A stretch of DNA of 27,570 nucleotides, from positions 1 to 27,570 of the forward strand of contig JAEZSD010000075.1 of NCBI GenBank assembly GCA_023422095.1, written 5' to 3'. Positions 1 through 7,850 of this stretch are shown here, in pieces. Position numbers and translations under genes: made by a program. Position 1 is the first letter of the stretch, and the number at the start of each line of letters is the position of its first letter. The stretch comes from Bacillota bacterium. GTDB lineage: Bacteria; Bacillota_I; Bacilli_A; RFN20; CAG-826. A model generated the notes under the pieces. It searched no databases and was not told the DNA's origin. It worked only from the letters and a program-made list of their open reading frames with translations.

Positions 1-33
1 GGGTCTGGAGTTCGAATCTCCAGAGAGTGACCA
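1..33 (+). tRNA. 3' part of a tRNA, truncated by the window start; possibly tRNA-Lys
   Basis: T-arm TGGAG-TTCGAAT-CTCCA, then the acceptor 3' strand GAGAGTG, discriminator A and an encoded CCA at 31-33. The anticodon is outside the window, so Lys is only a guess from the GGGTC variable loop and the position before tRNA-Leu(TAA). Confidence 0.85.
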
Positions 34-39
34 TTCTTT

Positions 40-126
40 GCCCAGGTGGCGGAATAGGTAGACGCACAGGACTTAAAATCCTGCGGTAGCGATACCATAC
101 CGGTTCAATTCCGGTCCCGGGCACCA
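40..126 (+). tRNA. tRNA-Leu (anticodon TAA)
   Basis: GCCCAGG..CCCGGGC acceptor stem, anticodon arm CAGGA-CTTAAAA-TCCTG, long variable arm GGTA-GCGA-TACC, T-arm ACCGG-TTCAATT-CCGGT, encoded CCA. Confidence 0.97.
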
Positions 127-159
127 AAGATTAAAAATACCCCCATTTGTGGAATCGCC

Positions 160-186
160 AAGATCCTTCTCTGGAGGTTTTTTTAT
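160..186 (+). terminator. Probable intrinsic terminator of the tRNA cluster
   Basis: Short stem CCTTC/GGAGG followed by a T7 tract. Confidence 0.55.
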
Positions 187-197
187 TGCCTTGATTG

Positions 198-206
198 TGC
201 TATATT
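198..206 (+). promoter_or_regulatory. Extended -10 promoter (TG-c-TATATT), leaderless geometry
   Basis: TATATT at 201-206, preceded by TG, lies 7 nt before ATG 214; no Shine-Dalgarno (SD) sequence. Confidence 0.55.
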
Positions 207-213
207 GAACGGT

Positions 214-1071
214 ATGAAAACTACGAAAATATTAGAGCAGGCATTTGGTTCGGGAGCTTCCGTATTATCCCCTTTAGTGGGTGGAATGATGAATGAGTCA
301 TATATTGTTGAGCACAACAACAAAAAATATGTGCTGTATATTTCCACTAAGCAAGCTAATGAAATGGTCGACCGTTATCGAGAAAGAAAAGATCAAAAAA
401 TTTTCTATGAGTTGGGAATTACTAGTAAAAATGTATATTTTGATGAAGAAAATGGCATCAAAATTAATGAATATATCGAAGGTGTTTCGATTGACCACGT
501 CAATGAGTTTAATTATCAAAAAATCGCTAGTTTAATGCACACATTGCATGATTCAAAACGACTCTGTCAGAAAGATTATTTACCATTTGAAAGATTCAAT
601 GGGTATGAAAGTGAAGCAAATGCTTTTTTGCCTCACCAAGATGCGCGATTTTTGAAGTTGAGAGAGGTTCTTTTTTCGAAAAAAGATTATCTGATAAATC
701 AAAAGAAAGTCATCTGCCATAATGACGCTCAAAGGAGCAATATTGTCAAAACTCCCAATGATGAATATTACTTCATTGATTTTGAATTCGTTGGTAACAA
801 TGATCCTATTTATGATATTGCCTGTTTTGGCAATAATTCGGTTCAAGAAGGCTATCAACTTTTAGAGGCCTATTTTCCTCAATTAACCAATGTTGAAAGG
901 GAGCGATTCTTCTTATGGAGAATGTATATTTCTTTGCAATGGTACGAAGTCGCAATCGTCAAGCACTACCGTGGAGAAGGTGAAATTCATAACTTCAATT
1001 TTCTCGATGTAGCTGCTCATTTTTTAAAGAACGCCGAAGAAGCCTACCAAGGCTATCTTGCTCTAAAATAA
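214..1071 (+). CDS. Choline/ethanolamine kinase family phosphotransferase (LicA-like)
   Basis: N-terminal GGMMNESY loop, Brenner motif CHNDxxxxN and IDFEF motif. Start moved from TTG 205 to ATG 214 on promoter geometry. Confidence 0.8.
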   Translation: MKTTKILEQAFGSGASVLSPLVGGMMNESYIVEHNNKKYVLYISTKQANEMVDRYRERKDQKIFYELGITSKNVYFDEENGIKINEYIEGVSIDHVNEFNYQKIASLMHTLHDSKRLCQKDYLPFERFNGYESEANAFLPHQDARFLKLREVLFSKKDYLINQKKVICHNDAQRSNIVKTPNDEYYFIDFEFVGNNDPIYDIACFGNNSVQEGYQLLEAYFPQLTNVERERFFLWRMYISLQWYEVAIVKHYRGEGEIHNFNFLDVAAHFLKNAEEAYQGYLALK

Positions 1072-1086
1072 ATTCATCGCTTTTAG

Positions 1087-1431
1087 TTAATCTATATTTT
1101 TAGTGACAAGAATGTCGACTCCTAAACCGAGGACATTCTTTTTTATTGTCTGATTGATATGTGTGGGAGCTTCAACATTAAGAGAGTTGATGACATCCAT
1201 GACTTCCATTATTTTCCCTTTAGGAATGGGGGCTGAAGTTTTCACTGATACTAAAGTATCAACTCGGTTGGAAACTCTGACACTACTTGTGATCATTCTC
1301 ACGGGATTCGTCAATTCGCTTAGGGCATAAACTTTGCCACGAGGGCAAGCGTTTCCGGTGACTTCCATATTCTCATCAATGACGAGATGACAACCTCTAG
1401 GACAGACAATGCAAACAAATTCTTTTTTCAT
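1087..1431 (-). CDS. DUF1667 family small CxxC protein (third subunit of the GlpA/GlpB-like dehydrogenase)
   Basis: CIVCPRGC...GNACPRG pattern and VKTSAPIPK; last gene of the FAD oxidoreductase operon. Confidence 0.85.
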   Translation of the reverse strand: MKKEFVCIVCPRGCHLVIDENMEVTGNACPRGKVYALSELTNPVRMITSSVRVSNRVDTLVSVKTSAPIPKGKIMEVMDVINSLNVEAPTHINQTIKKNVLGLGVDILVTKNID

Positions 1432-1435
1432 TGTT

Positions 1436-2683
1436 CTATCTTCCTTCTAAGCGAATCGTAATATCACAATTTAAATCGCCTATTTTATCTTTGTTAAGTT
1501 TAATCATGGCCATTTCGCTGGGGATTAAAGCGTTTTTAAAAGTTTTGCTCAAGATTTTTTCACCACATTCGATAATAACAAAGACGTCTTTAACTGGTTT
1601 TTGGACTCTAAATTTGAAGGTGACATCTTCTTGATTATCGCTTTTGATTTTTTGAGGTATGACATAAGCAATACCAACTTTAGGCAAAACATTGATTTCA
1701 CTTTGATTCGGAAGCTGATTCTTTATATAAAGAGCGGCTCCATGACCCGCTAATCGTCCTTCATCAGTGACAAAATCAACGACATCGTGAACATGGAGAC
1801 AGTTTCCACAAGTAAAAATTCCGGAGATCATAGTTTCCATGTGTTCGTTCACCATAGCTCCTTTGGTGGAACTTATTGGAGTGCCTATATTTTCTAATAG
1901 AGAAACATAAGGAACTAAACCAACTGATAAAATCAATGTATCACAAGGAATTTCCATTTCCGTCCCAGGAATGAATTTAAAATTCTCATCGACCTTTGAT
2001 AATACTACTTTTTCTAAACGTCCCTTACCGATAACATTACTAACTGAATGGGAAAGATATAACGGAATGCCAAAATCATCAAGACATTGAGCGATGTTGC
2101 GATTCAAACCATTACTATAGGGCATAATTTCGCTTACACATATCACTTGTGCGCCTTCTAAAGTGAGGCGTCTTGCCATGATAAGACCAATATCACCACT
2201 GCCGAGAATTACGATGCGTTTGCCGCATAGATAACCATGAATATTCAAATATTTTTGAGCCGTTCCAGCGGTTATAATTCCTGAACAGCGATCGCCTGGA
2301 AGTAAAATTGCTCCCGCGTTTCTTTCGTAACAGCCAGTGGCTAATATAATAGCCTTAGCCTGAATAGATATATTTCCATCGACTCGATTGGAAAAAGTAA
2401 CCACCTTTTCAGGTGTAATATTCAATACTGTAGTGTCTAATTTAAAAGGTATCCCCATCTCATCAATTTGATCAACAAATCTTTGAAGATATTCCGGACC
2501 AGTCAATTCTTCTTTGAATTCTGTTAAACCAAATCCGTTGTGAATGCATTGGTTTAAAATGCCACCTAAGACATTCATTTTTTCTAAGATGAGAAGATTA
2601 TCAATTCCTTCTTTTTTGGCTTGAATAGCCGCCGCCATTCCCGCTGAACCTCCCCCGATTATTAAGAGATCAATGGTTTTCAT
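1436..2683 (-). CDS. FAD/NAD(P)-dependent pyridine nucleotide-disulfide oxidoreductase (GlpB-like partner)
   Basis: GGGSAG FAD motif, GGILNQCIHNGFG, ATGCYER, GSGDIG NAD motif, GNCLHVHD. Start at ATG 2683 with SD AGGAGG upstream. Confidence 0.85.
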   Translation of the reverse strand: MKTIDLLIIGGGSAGMAAAIQAKKEGIDNLLILEKMNVLGGILNQCIHNGFGLTEFKEELTGPEYLQRFVDQIDEMGIPFKLDTTVLNITPEKVVTFSNRVDGNISIQAKAIILATGCYERNAGAILLPGDRCSGIITAGTAQKYLNIHGYLCGKRIVILGSGDIGLIMARRLTLEGAQVICVSEIMPYSNGLNRNIAQCLDDFGIPLYLSHSVSNVIGKGRLEKVVLSKVDENFKFIPGTEMEIPCDTLILSVGLVPYVSLLENIGTPISSTKGAMVNEHMETMISGIFTCGNCLHVHDVVDFVTDEGRLAGHGAALYIKNQLPNQSEINVLPKVGIAYVIPQKIKSDNQEDVTFKFRVQKPVKDVFVIIECGEKILSKTFKNALIPSEMAMIKLNKDKIGDLNCDITIRLEGR

Positions 2684-2684
2684 A

Positions 2685-4121
2685 TCATTTGACCTCCTTA
2701 ATACGAGATACAATTATCGGACTATCATTATCATCGAGTGGCACTTCCAAAGGTGAAATACCGAAATGATTAGCTAAAAGAAAAACAATTTTAGGTTGGC
2801 AAAAACCACCTTGGCATCGTCCGAAGCCCGCTCTTGTTCTTCGCTTAACTCCTTTAATACTATGTGGAGGGCAACTGCGCGACAAAATATCATTGATTTC
2901 TCCGAGTGTGACTTTTTCGCAATTGCAAATTAATTGTCCGTATTCAGGATTCTTTTTTACGAGCAAGTTCTTCTCTTCATCACTCATCTCGTTGAGTTGA
3001 AGATATGGGCGTACATAGGGATTAAATTCCTTTTTAGGCTTTAAGGTAAGGAGTGGTTTTACTAAATCTTCAACGACATATTTAGCAATCGCAGGAGATG
3101 ATACTAATCCAGGAGATTCAATTCCTGCCACATTGATAAAACATTTATCAGTTTTGGCATATTCTATAATGAAATCATGTCTAGATGAGGATGGCCTTAG
3201 TCCAGAAAATACGCGTATTACTTTTCCAAAAGGGATTTCTGGCACCATAGAAAGTGCTTGCTGTCTAACGCTTTGAAGAGTTGGCCCATCGGTTGAATAA
3301 TCATCTCGATTAATGATAACTTCACTACTAGGACCAACAATATAATTATCCGAAGTTGTTGGGCTAACTAAAACGCCTTTCCCCTTTTTGGAAGGAAGAG
3401 GAAAAATAGTATGTTTAAGAAAATCTTTTTCTAGGCGGTCAAGAATAAAATATTCACCTTTGCGGGGAGTTAAATGCCAATCGATGGGCTCAATCATTTG
3501 GGCTATAACATCAGCGTAGTTACCGGCGGCATTAATAACGATTTTAGTAGAAAATTCGTCACTTTTTGTTTTAACAATATATATTCCATTGCTTTTAGAA
3601 ATGCTAACGACTTCTTGATTCAAGAAAAGTTGAACTCCATTATCAATGGCGTTTTCCATCCCGTGAACGCAAAGATTAAAAGGATCAATTATTCCTGCTG
3701 TAGGAAAGAAAAGAGCGCTTTTTACATTCCTAGAAAGACGTGGTTCCATTTCAAGAGCTTCTTCTTTGGTTAGTCTTTTATATGGCACTCCATTTAGTTT
3801 TGAACGATCTTCCAATAATGAAAGCGAGTCGAGTTGTTCATCTAAAAGGGCAACCGTTAAAGAACCGTTCCGTTGAAACTTCACATCTAGTTGCTTAGTG
3901 AGTTCATCGAACATCGGATTGCCTAAAATATTAAATTTTGCTTTGTTGGTTCCGGGTTCAGGATCGCAGCCAGAATGAATAATGGCGCTGTTTGCACTGG
4001 TTGTTTTGTTCCCTACATCATTGCTTTTTTCAAGCACCACAATATCAAGTTGATATCTTGATAATTCTCGAGCGATGAGGGTCCCCGTAATTCCGGCTCC
4101 AATAATTAATACATCATGCAT
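2685..4121 (-). CDS. FAD-dependent glycerol-3-phosphate dehydrogenase/LhgO-like oxidoreductase with a C-terminal BFD-like [2Fe-2S] domain
   Basis: GAGITG, TTSANSAIIHSG, GIESPGLVSSPAIA, and C-terminal ICNCEKVT...RRTRAGFGRCQGGFC. Confidence 0.85.
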   Translation of the reverse strand: MHDVLIIGAGITGTLIARELSRYQLDIVVLEKSNDVGNKTTSANSAIIHSGCDPEPGTNKAKFNILGNPMFDELTKQLDVKFQRNGSLTVALLDEQLDSLSLLEDRSKLNGVPYKRLTKEEALEMEPRLSRNVKSALFFPTAGIIDPFNLCVHGMENAIDNGVQLFLNQEVVSISKSNGIYIVKTKSDEFSTKIVINAAGNYADVIAQMIEPIDWHLTPRKGEYFILDRLEKDFLKHTIFPLPSKKGKGVLVSPTTSDNYIVGPSSEVIINRDDYSTDGPTLQSVRQQALSMVPEIPFGKVIRVFSGLRPSSSRHDFIIEYAKTDKCFINVAGIESPGLVSSPAIAKYVVEDLVKPLLTLKPKKEFNPYVRPYLQLNEMSDEEKNLLVKKNPEYGQLICNCEKVTLGEINDILSRSCPPHSIKGVKRRTRAGFGRCQGGFCQPKIVFLLANHFGISPLEVPLDDNDSPIIVSRIKEVK

Positions 4122-4135
4122 AAAACCTTATTTTC

Positions 4136-4141
4136 ATTATA
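4136..4141 (-). promoter_or_regulatory. -10 box TATAAT for the glpA-like operon
   Basis: Perfect TATAAT 14 nt upstream of ATG 4121, with AAGG in between. Confidence 0.5.
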
Positions 4142-4154
4142 GATGACAAATCAT

Positions 4155-4179
4155 AAAAAAGAAAACCGCATCAGCGGTT
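4155..4179 (-). terminator. Intrinsic terminator after the 136-aa hypothetical gene
   Basis: AACCGC-TGAT-GCGGTT followed by TTCTTTTTT on the minus strand. Confidence 0.75.
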
Positions 4180-4182
4180 ATC

Positions 4183-4593
4183 TTAAGCATTTGAGGCAAG
4201 ACTAATCGACATTTTCTTAATGATAAGACCGGCTTGTTTCATTTGCTTGATCATGTTTTTAATGAGGGCCTTATCTTTTTTTAAGTAATAGATAAAGAAA
4301 GAATTTTCGACTTCTTTTTGGATGATGTTTAAGCGATCAAAACGATCAATGTCGGAATTACGCTTTATTTTTTGATTAATAATCGTTTTTAAATCGGCCA
4401 GATTTATCTCTTTTTTTATTCGATAGAGGAAAGCATCTTGGCGAATCTCATCAGGAGCATAATCACTGTAGACAATTAGCGAGCTTTCGGTCAGCCCTAA
4501 AGCACAAGGAGAAAAAGGCTCGTTAGGCCCAAATTGATAGAAGCCCGGGATAAGGCCTAGAAGGGACTTTTTACCCTCTAATTCAATCTTCAT
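4183..4593 (-). CDS. Hypothetical protein (136 aa)
   Basis: ATG-started ORF that fills the gap between genes and has its own terminator; no family recognised. Confidence 0.7.
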   Translation of the reverse strand: MKIELEGKKSLLGLIPGFYQFGPNEPFSPCALGLTESSLIVYSDYAPDEIRQDAFLYRIKKEINLADLKTIINQKIKRNSDIDRFDRLNIIQKEVENSFFIYYLKKDKALIKNMIKQMKQAGLIIKKMSISLASNA

Positions 4594-4626
4594 ATATTAA
4601 TATTACTCCATTATTTTGCATCTCTA

Positions 4627-4655
4627 TAAACATTTTATGTTAGTTGTGTTAATAT
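4627..4655 (+). promoter_or_regulatory. Sigma-A-like promoter for the nfuA-like gene and tRNA-Gln
   Basis: TAAACA-N17-TAATAT with extended TG at 4647-4648. Confidence 0.45.
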
Positions 4656-4669
4656 TTGTATCGGACATT

Positions 4670-4906
4670 ATGGATAGCACTGAACAATTAATTATTACAA
4701 CCTTAGATAAAATTCGCCATTTCCTTCAAAAAGACGGAGGAGATGTTGAGTTTGTTTCCTTTAAAGATGGGATTGTTTTCGTAAGAATGCATGGCGCATG
4801 CCAAGACTGTGTTTATGCTGATGCAGACATTAAGGAATTGGTGGAAGTCATCTTGCAAGAAGAAGTTCCCGGTGTTCTCGAAGTTCGTTTGGCTGAAGCT
4901 CAATAA
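4670..4906 (+). CDS. NifU C-terminal domain (NfuA/YutI-like) Fe-S carrier protein
   Basis: LDKIRxxLxxDGGDVE and GACxxC motif, ending VPGVLEV. Start at ATG 4670. Confidence 0.88.
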   Translation: MDSTEQLIITTLDKIRHFLQKDGGDVEFVSFKDGIVFVRMHGACQDCVYADADIKELVEVILQEEVPGVLEVRLAEAQ

Positions 4907-4915
4907 TTCGAATAT

Positions 4916-4990
4916 TGGGGTGTAGCCAAGCGGTAAGGCAGCGGACTCTGAATTCGCGACTCGCTGGTTCGATCCCAGCCACCCCAGCCA
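4916..4990 (+). tRNA. tRNA-Gln (anticodon CTG)
   Basis: TGGGGTG/CACCCCA acceptor stem, GCC-AAGCGGTAA-GGC D-arm, GCGGA-CTCTGAA-TTCGC anticodon arm, GCTGG-TTCGATC-CCAGC T-arm, GCCA end. Confidence 0.97.
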
Positions 4991-5000
4991 CTCTACGCTC

Positions 5001-5030
5001 AAAGTCTTGATTTGTTTCGAGACTTTTTTA
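5001..5030 (+). terminator. Intrinsic terminator after tRNA-Gln
   Basis: AAAGTCTTGA-tttgtt-TCGAGACTTT followed by a T tract. Confidence 0.8.
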
Positions 5031-5140
5031 TTTGGATAAAAATATCAGTGAAAAAAATGGTAAGGGCTAATACTTTGGTGAGCAAGAAGAGATAAGCGTT
5101 AACAAGAGGTAATAAAACGAAGCCAAATATCACCACTCTA

Positions 5141-5169
5141 TTGGCTTAATTAATAAATTAGTCTAGAAT
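5141..5169 (+). promoter_or_regulatory. Sigma-A promoter, leaderless geometry
   Basis: TTGGCT-N17-TAGAAT, 7 nt before ATG 5177; no SD. Confidence 0.65.
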
Positions 5170-5176
5170 TAAACAT

Positions 5177-6196
5177 ATGAAAGTACTCTTATTTTTCCAA
5201 AATCCAGAAACGATTAAAACATCCGGTATTGGGCGTGCGATGAAACACCAAATGATTGCGTTAAAAAGCGCAGGTGTCGATTTCACTATCGATCCAAAAG
5301 ATGACTACGATTTAGTCCACATTAACACTCTGATGAATGAGAGCGAACGGCTACTCAGAAAATGCAATAAAAACGGAATACCTGTTATTGTGCATGGCCA
5401 TTCCACTTATGAGGATTTCCGTAATTCTTTTCGCCTTTGGAAATTAATTGCCTTATGGTTTAACCGCCAAATTACTTATATGTATAAGCATGCAGGAATG
5501 ATTATCACTCCTACTCCATATTCAAAAAGGCTCATCGAGGGATATAAATTAGGCCCCAAGGTCGTTGCTATTTCCAATGGCATTGAGATTGAAGATTATC
5601 AACCAGATAAGAAAAAAGTGGAAGACTTCAAAAGTTTCTTTAATATCCAAGAAGGTGAAAAAGTTGTCATCGGAATTGGCTACCCTTTCCAAAGGAAAGG
5701 AATTCTCGATTTCTTTGAGGTGGCAAGAAAATTTCCTAGTGTCAAATTTATTTGGTTTGGACATCTTCAAAGAATCGCCACCCAACTAAAAATATTGCGA
5801 GGAATTAAACATAAACCTGATAATGTCATTATGCCTGGATATATCGATAATTCGATTATTAAGGGAGCGATGCAATACGCTTCTTGCCTATTCTTTCCAA
5901 GTTATGAAGAGACCGAAGGAATTGTGGTCTTAGAAGCTTTGGCGAGCAAATGTCTTGTCCTTGTTAGAAGAATTGGCGTTTATGATGAATGGCTCAAAGA
6001 GAATGAGAATTGCTTAATGGCGTCTAGCAATGAAGAATTCGTCGATAAATTAAACTATTTATTTACGAATGACTGCCATCATTTGGTAGAGGATGGTTAT
6101 GCTTTAGTGAAAAGCAGGAATCTCGCCATTGTAGGTGAGCAACTCAAAGCTACCTACGAGAAATTCTACCAAGAATTTTCCAAAAAGAAGCTTTAA
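5177..6196 (+). CDS. dgs: GT4 glycosyltransferase, diglucosyl-diacylglycerol synthase-like (Acholeplasma Dgs / streptococcal glycolipid synthase type)
   Basis: MKVLL...KTSGIGRA.HQ..AL, VHGHST.EDFRNSF, ITPTPYSK, SNGI and the GT4 motif EETEGIVVLEA match the recalled Dgs family pattern. Confidence 0.8.
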   Translation: MKVLLFFQNPETIKTSGIGRAMKHQMIALKSAGVDFTIDPKDDYDLVHINTLMNESERLLRKCNKNGIPVIVHGHSTYEDFRNSFRLWKLIALWFNRQITYMYKHAGMIITPTPYSKRLIEGYKLGPKVVAISNGIEIEDYQPDKKKVEDFKSFFNIQEGEKVVIGIGYPFQRKGILDFFEVARKFPSVKFIWFGHLQRIATQLKILRGIKHKPDNVIMPGYIDNSIIKGAMQYASCLFFPSYEETEGIVVLEALASKCLVLVRRIGVYDEWLKENENCLMASSNEEFVDKLNYLFTNDCHHLVEDGYALVKSRNLAIVGEQLKATYEKFYQEFSKKKL

Positions 6197-6215
6197 ACTC
6201 TCCGATTATTCAATC

Positions 6216-6245
6216 AAAAGCCACTGATTTGGTGGCTTTTTATTT
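6216..6245 (+). terminator. Intrinsic terminator after the dgs-like gene
   Basis: AAAAGCCAC-tgatttg-GTGGCTTTT plus a T tract. Confidence 0.8.
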
Positions 6246-6277
6246 CTAATAATATTAAAAAAAGGTATTATATCCCT

Positions 6278-7126
6278 ATGAACGATTTGCAAAAGTGTCA
6301 GTTAGAAATACTTAAAGCTTTTATTGAGGTTTGTGAAGAACATCATTTGCAATATTATCTTGTGGGTGGAACCGCTATTGGGGCTGTTCGCCACCAAGGC
6401 TTTATCCCTTGGGATGATGATATTGATATCGGTCTCCCTCGAGAGGATTACGACAAATTTGTTTCTTTAAAAAGCCCTTTTAAAAATTCTCAGTATTTTA
6501 TTCAAACCTATAAAACTGATCCCAATTATCTTTATAATTTTGCAAAAATTCGTGATTCAAACACTACTTTCATTGAAAAGCCCTATGCTCATCATCAGAT
6601 GAATCATGGCGTTTGGATTGATGTGTATCCTATCGATGGAATGAGTTATGAAAATAAGCCTGCCAAGAAACTCGCTAAAAAAGTCCATCGTGTATGGGGC
6701 AACGTTTTCTTGATGTATCTCGGGGCTTTTTATCGCAAAATTACTGCCCGAACTTGGTATATTGATATCCCTCTAAATATAGTCGCTTTATTGTTTTGGT
6801 GGACTAATATAGGCCACTATCGCAATAAAATGATTGATCGTTTTGCTAAAAAAATCGCTTATGATAAAGCTGTGCTGGTGGGAAATATTTTTGGTAATAA
6901 CGCCAATAGAGAAGCAATGCCGAAAGAAATATTTGAAGAAGGAAGCCACGTTCTTTTTGAGGGAGTTGATGTCATTGTCCCCAAGGATTATGATAAATAC
7001 TTAACTCTTCTGTTTGGAGATTATATGAAAATGCCTCCAGTTGAAAAGAGAGTTGGCCATCATTATCACAAAGGATTATCGTTAACTGTTGATTATAAAA
7101 CATTCTGCAAAAAGAATCGTTTATGA
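6278..7126 (+). CDS. licD: LicD/fukutin-family phosphotransferase
   Basis: GGTAIGAVRHQGFIPWDDDIDI, GVWIDVYPID, and YDKYLTLLFGDYMKMPP.EKR.GHH. Confidence 0.92.
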   Translation: MNDLQKCQLEILKAFIEVCEEHHLQYYLVGGTAIGAVRHQGFIPWDDDIDIGLPREDYDKFVSLKSPFKNSQYFIQTYKTDPNYLYNFAKIRDSNTTFIEKPYAHHQMNHGVWIDVYPIDGMSYENKPAKKLAKKVHRVWGNVFLMYLGAFYRKITARTWYIDIPLNIVALLFWWTNIGHYRNKMIDRFAKKIAYDKAVLVGNIFGNNANREAMPKEIFEEGSHVLFEGVDVIVPKDYDKYLTLLFGDYMKMPPVEKRVGHHYHKGLSLTVDYKTFCKKNRL

Positions 7127-7136
7127 GGGGGTAAAT

Positions 7137-7850
7137 ATGAATATTGCATTAGTATTAGCGGCCGGAACTGGTTCAAGGATGGGAAATGCAGACAAACCCA
7201 AACAATTTTTAAATGTCTACAACAAGCCACTTCTTGTACACACTATCGAAGCTTTTGAAGTAAATGATAAAATTGAAAAAATAATTATAGTCACTAACAA
7301 GGAATATATTGATCAGGTCAAGGTTTGGTGCAAACAATACGATTTAAACAAAGTGAAAAATGTTGTCGCCGGAGGCGATTCGCGTCAAATATCGGTTTAC
7401 AATGGTCTTCAAGCTGTTGAAGCAATTGGTGCAAGTGATGAAGATATTATTGTTATTCATGACGCTGCTCGCCCATTAATCAGCCAATCTATTATTGATA
7501 AGAATATTGAGTCTTGTCTTAAATACGGGGCAGTAGATACTGTTATCCCTGCTAGCGACACCATTATTCGTTCGGTGGATAAGGAGCAGATTAAAGAAAT
7601 CCAAAATAGAAGCGAATTATTCCAAGGACAAACTCCACAAACTTTTAAATTTTCAATTATTAAGAATGCTCATGAATATGCTAAAAATCATCGCGATACG
7701 GACACTACCGACGATTGCAAACTGGTTCTTAAAGCTGGAAACTCTGTCTATTTAGTTGAGGGTTCAAAACTTAATTTTAAGATCACTACTTTTGATGACT
7801 TAATGATATTGAAAGCCTTGCTCAAACTAGGAAAATCTGAGGTTCTATAA
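7137..7850 (+). CDS. tarI: Ribitol-5-phosphate cytidylyltransferase (TarI; IspD/TarI family)
   Basis: LAAGTGSRM, PKQFL, IHDAARP, QTPQTF, TDD and NFKITT motifs. It is coupled (TAATG) to a TarJ-like gene, which favours TarI over IspD. Start at ATG 7137 after SD GAGGGGG. Confidence 0.8.
   Translation: MNIALVLAAGTGSRMGNADKPKQFLNVYNKPLLVHTIEAFEVNDKIEKIIIVTNKEYIDQVKVWCKQYDLNKVKNVVAGGDSRQISVYNGLQAVEAIGASDEDIIVIHDAARPLISQSIIDKNIESCLKYGAVDTVIPASDTIIRSVDKEQIKEIQNRSELFQGQTPQTFKFSIIKNAHEYAKNHRDTDTTDDCKLVLKAGNSVYLVEGSKLNFKITTFDDLMILKALLKLGKSEVL

Noticed and set aside
127..165. GGAATCGCCA after tRNA-Leu as a tRNA 3'-end duplicate (att site)
   Set aside because: It does not match the 3' end of either adjacent tRNA, has no T-arm, and no integrase is present.
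4703..5002. 99-aa minus-strand ORF (MSVEWLGWLGSNQR...)
   Set aside because: It is the antisense shadow of tRNA-Gln and the nfuA-like gene.
7137..7850. Calling this gene ispD because ispF is in the window
   Set aside because: Translational coupling to tarJ and position after licD favour TarI. Dual activity cannot be excluded.
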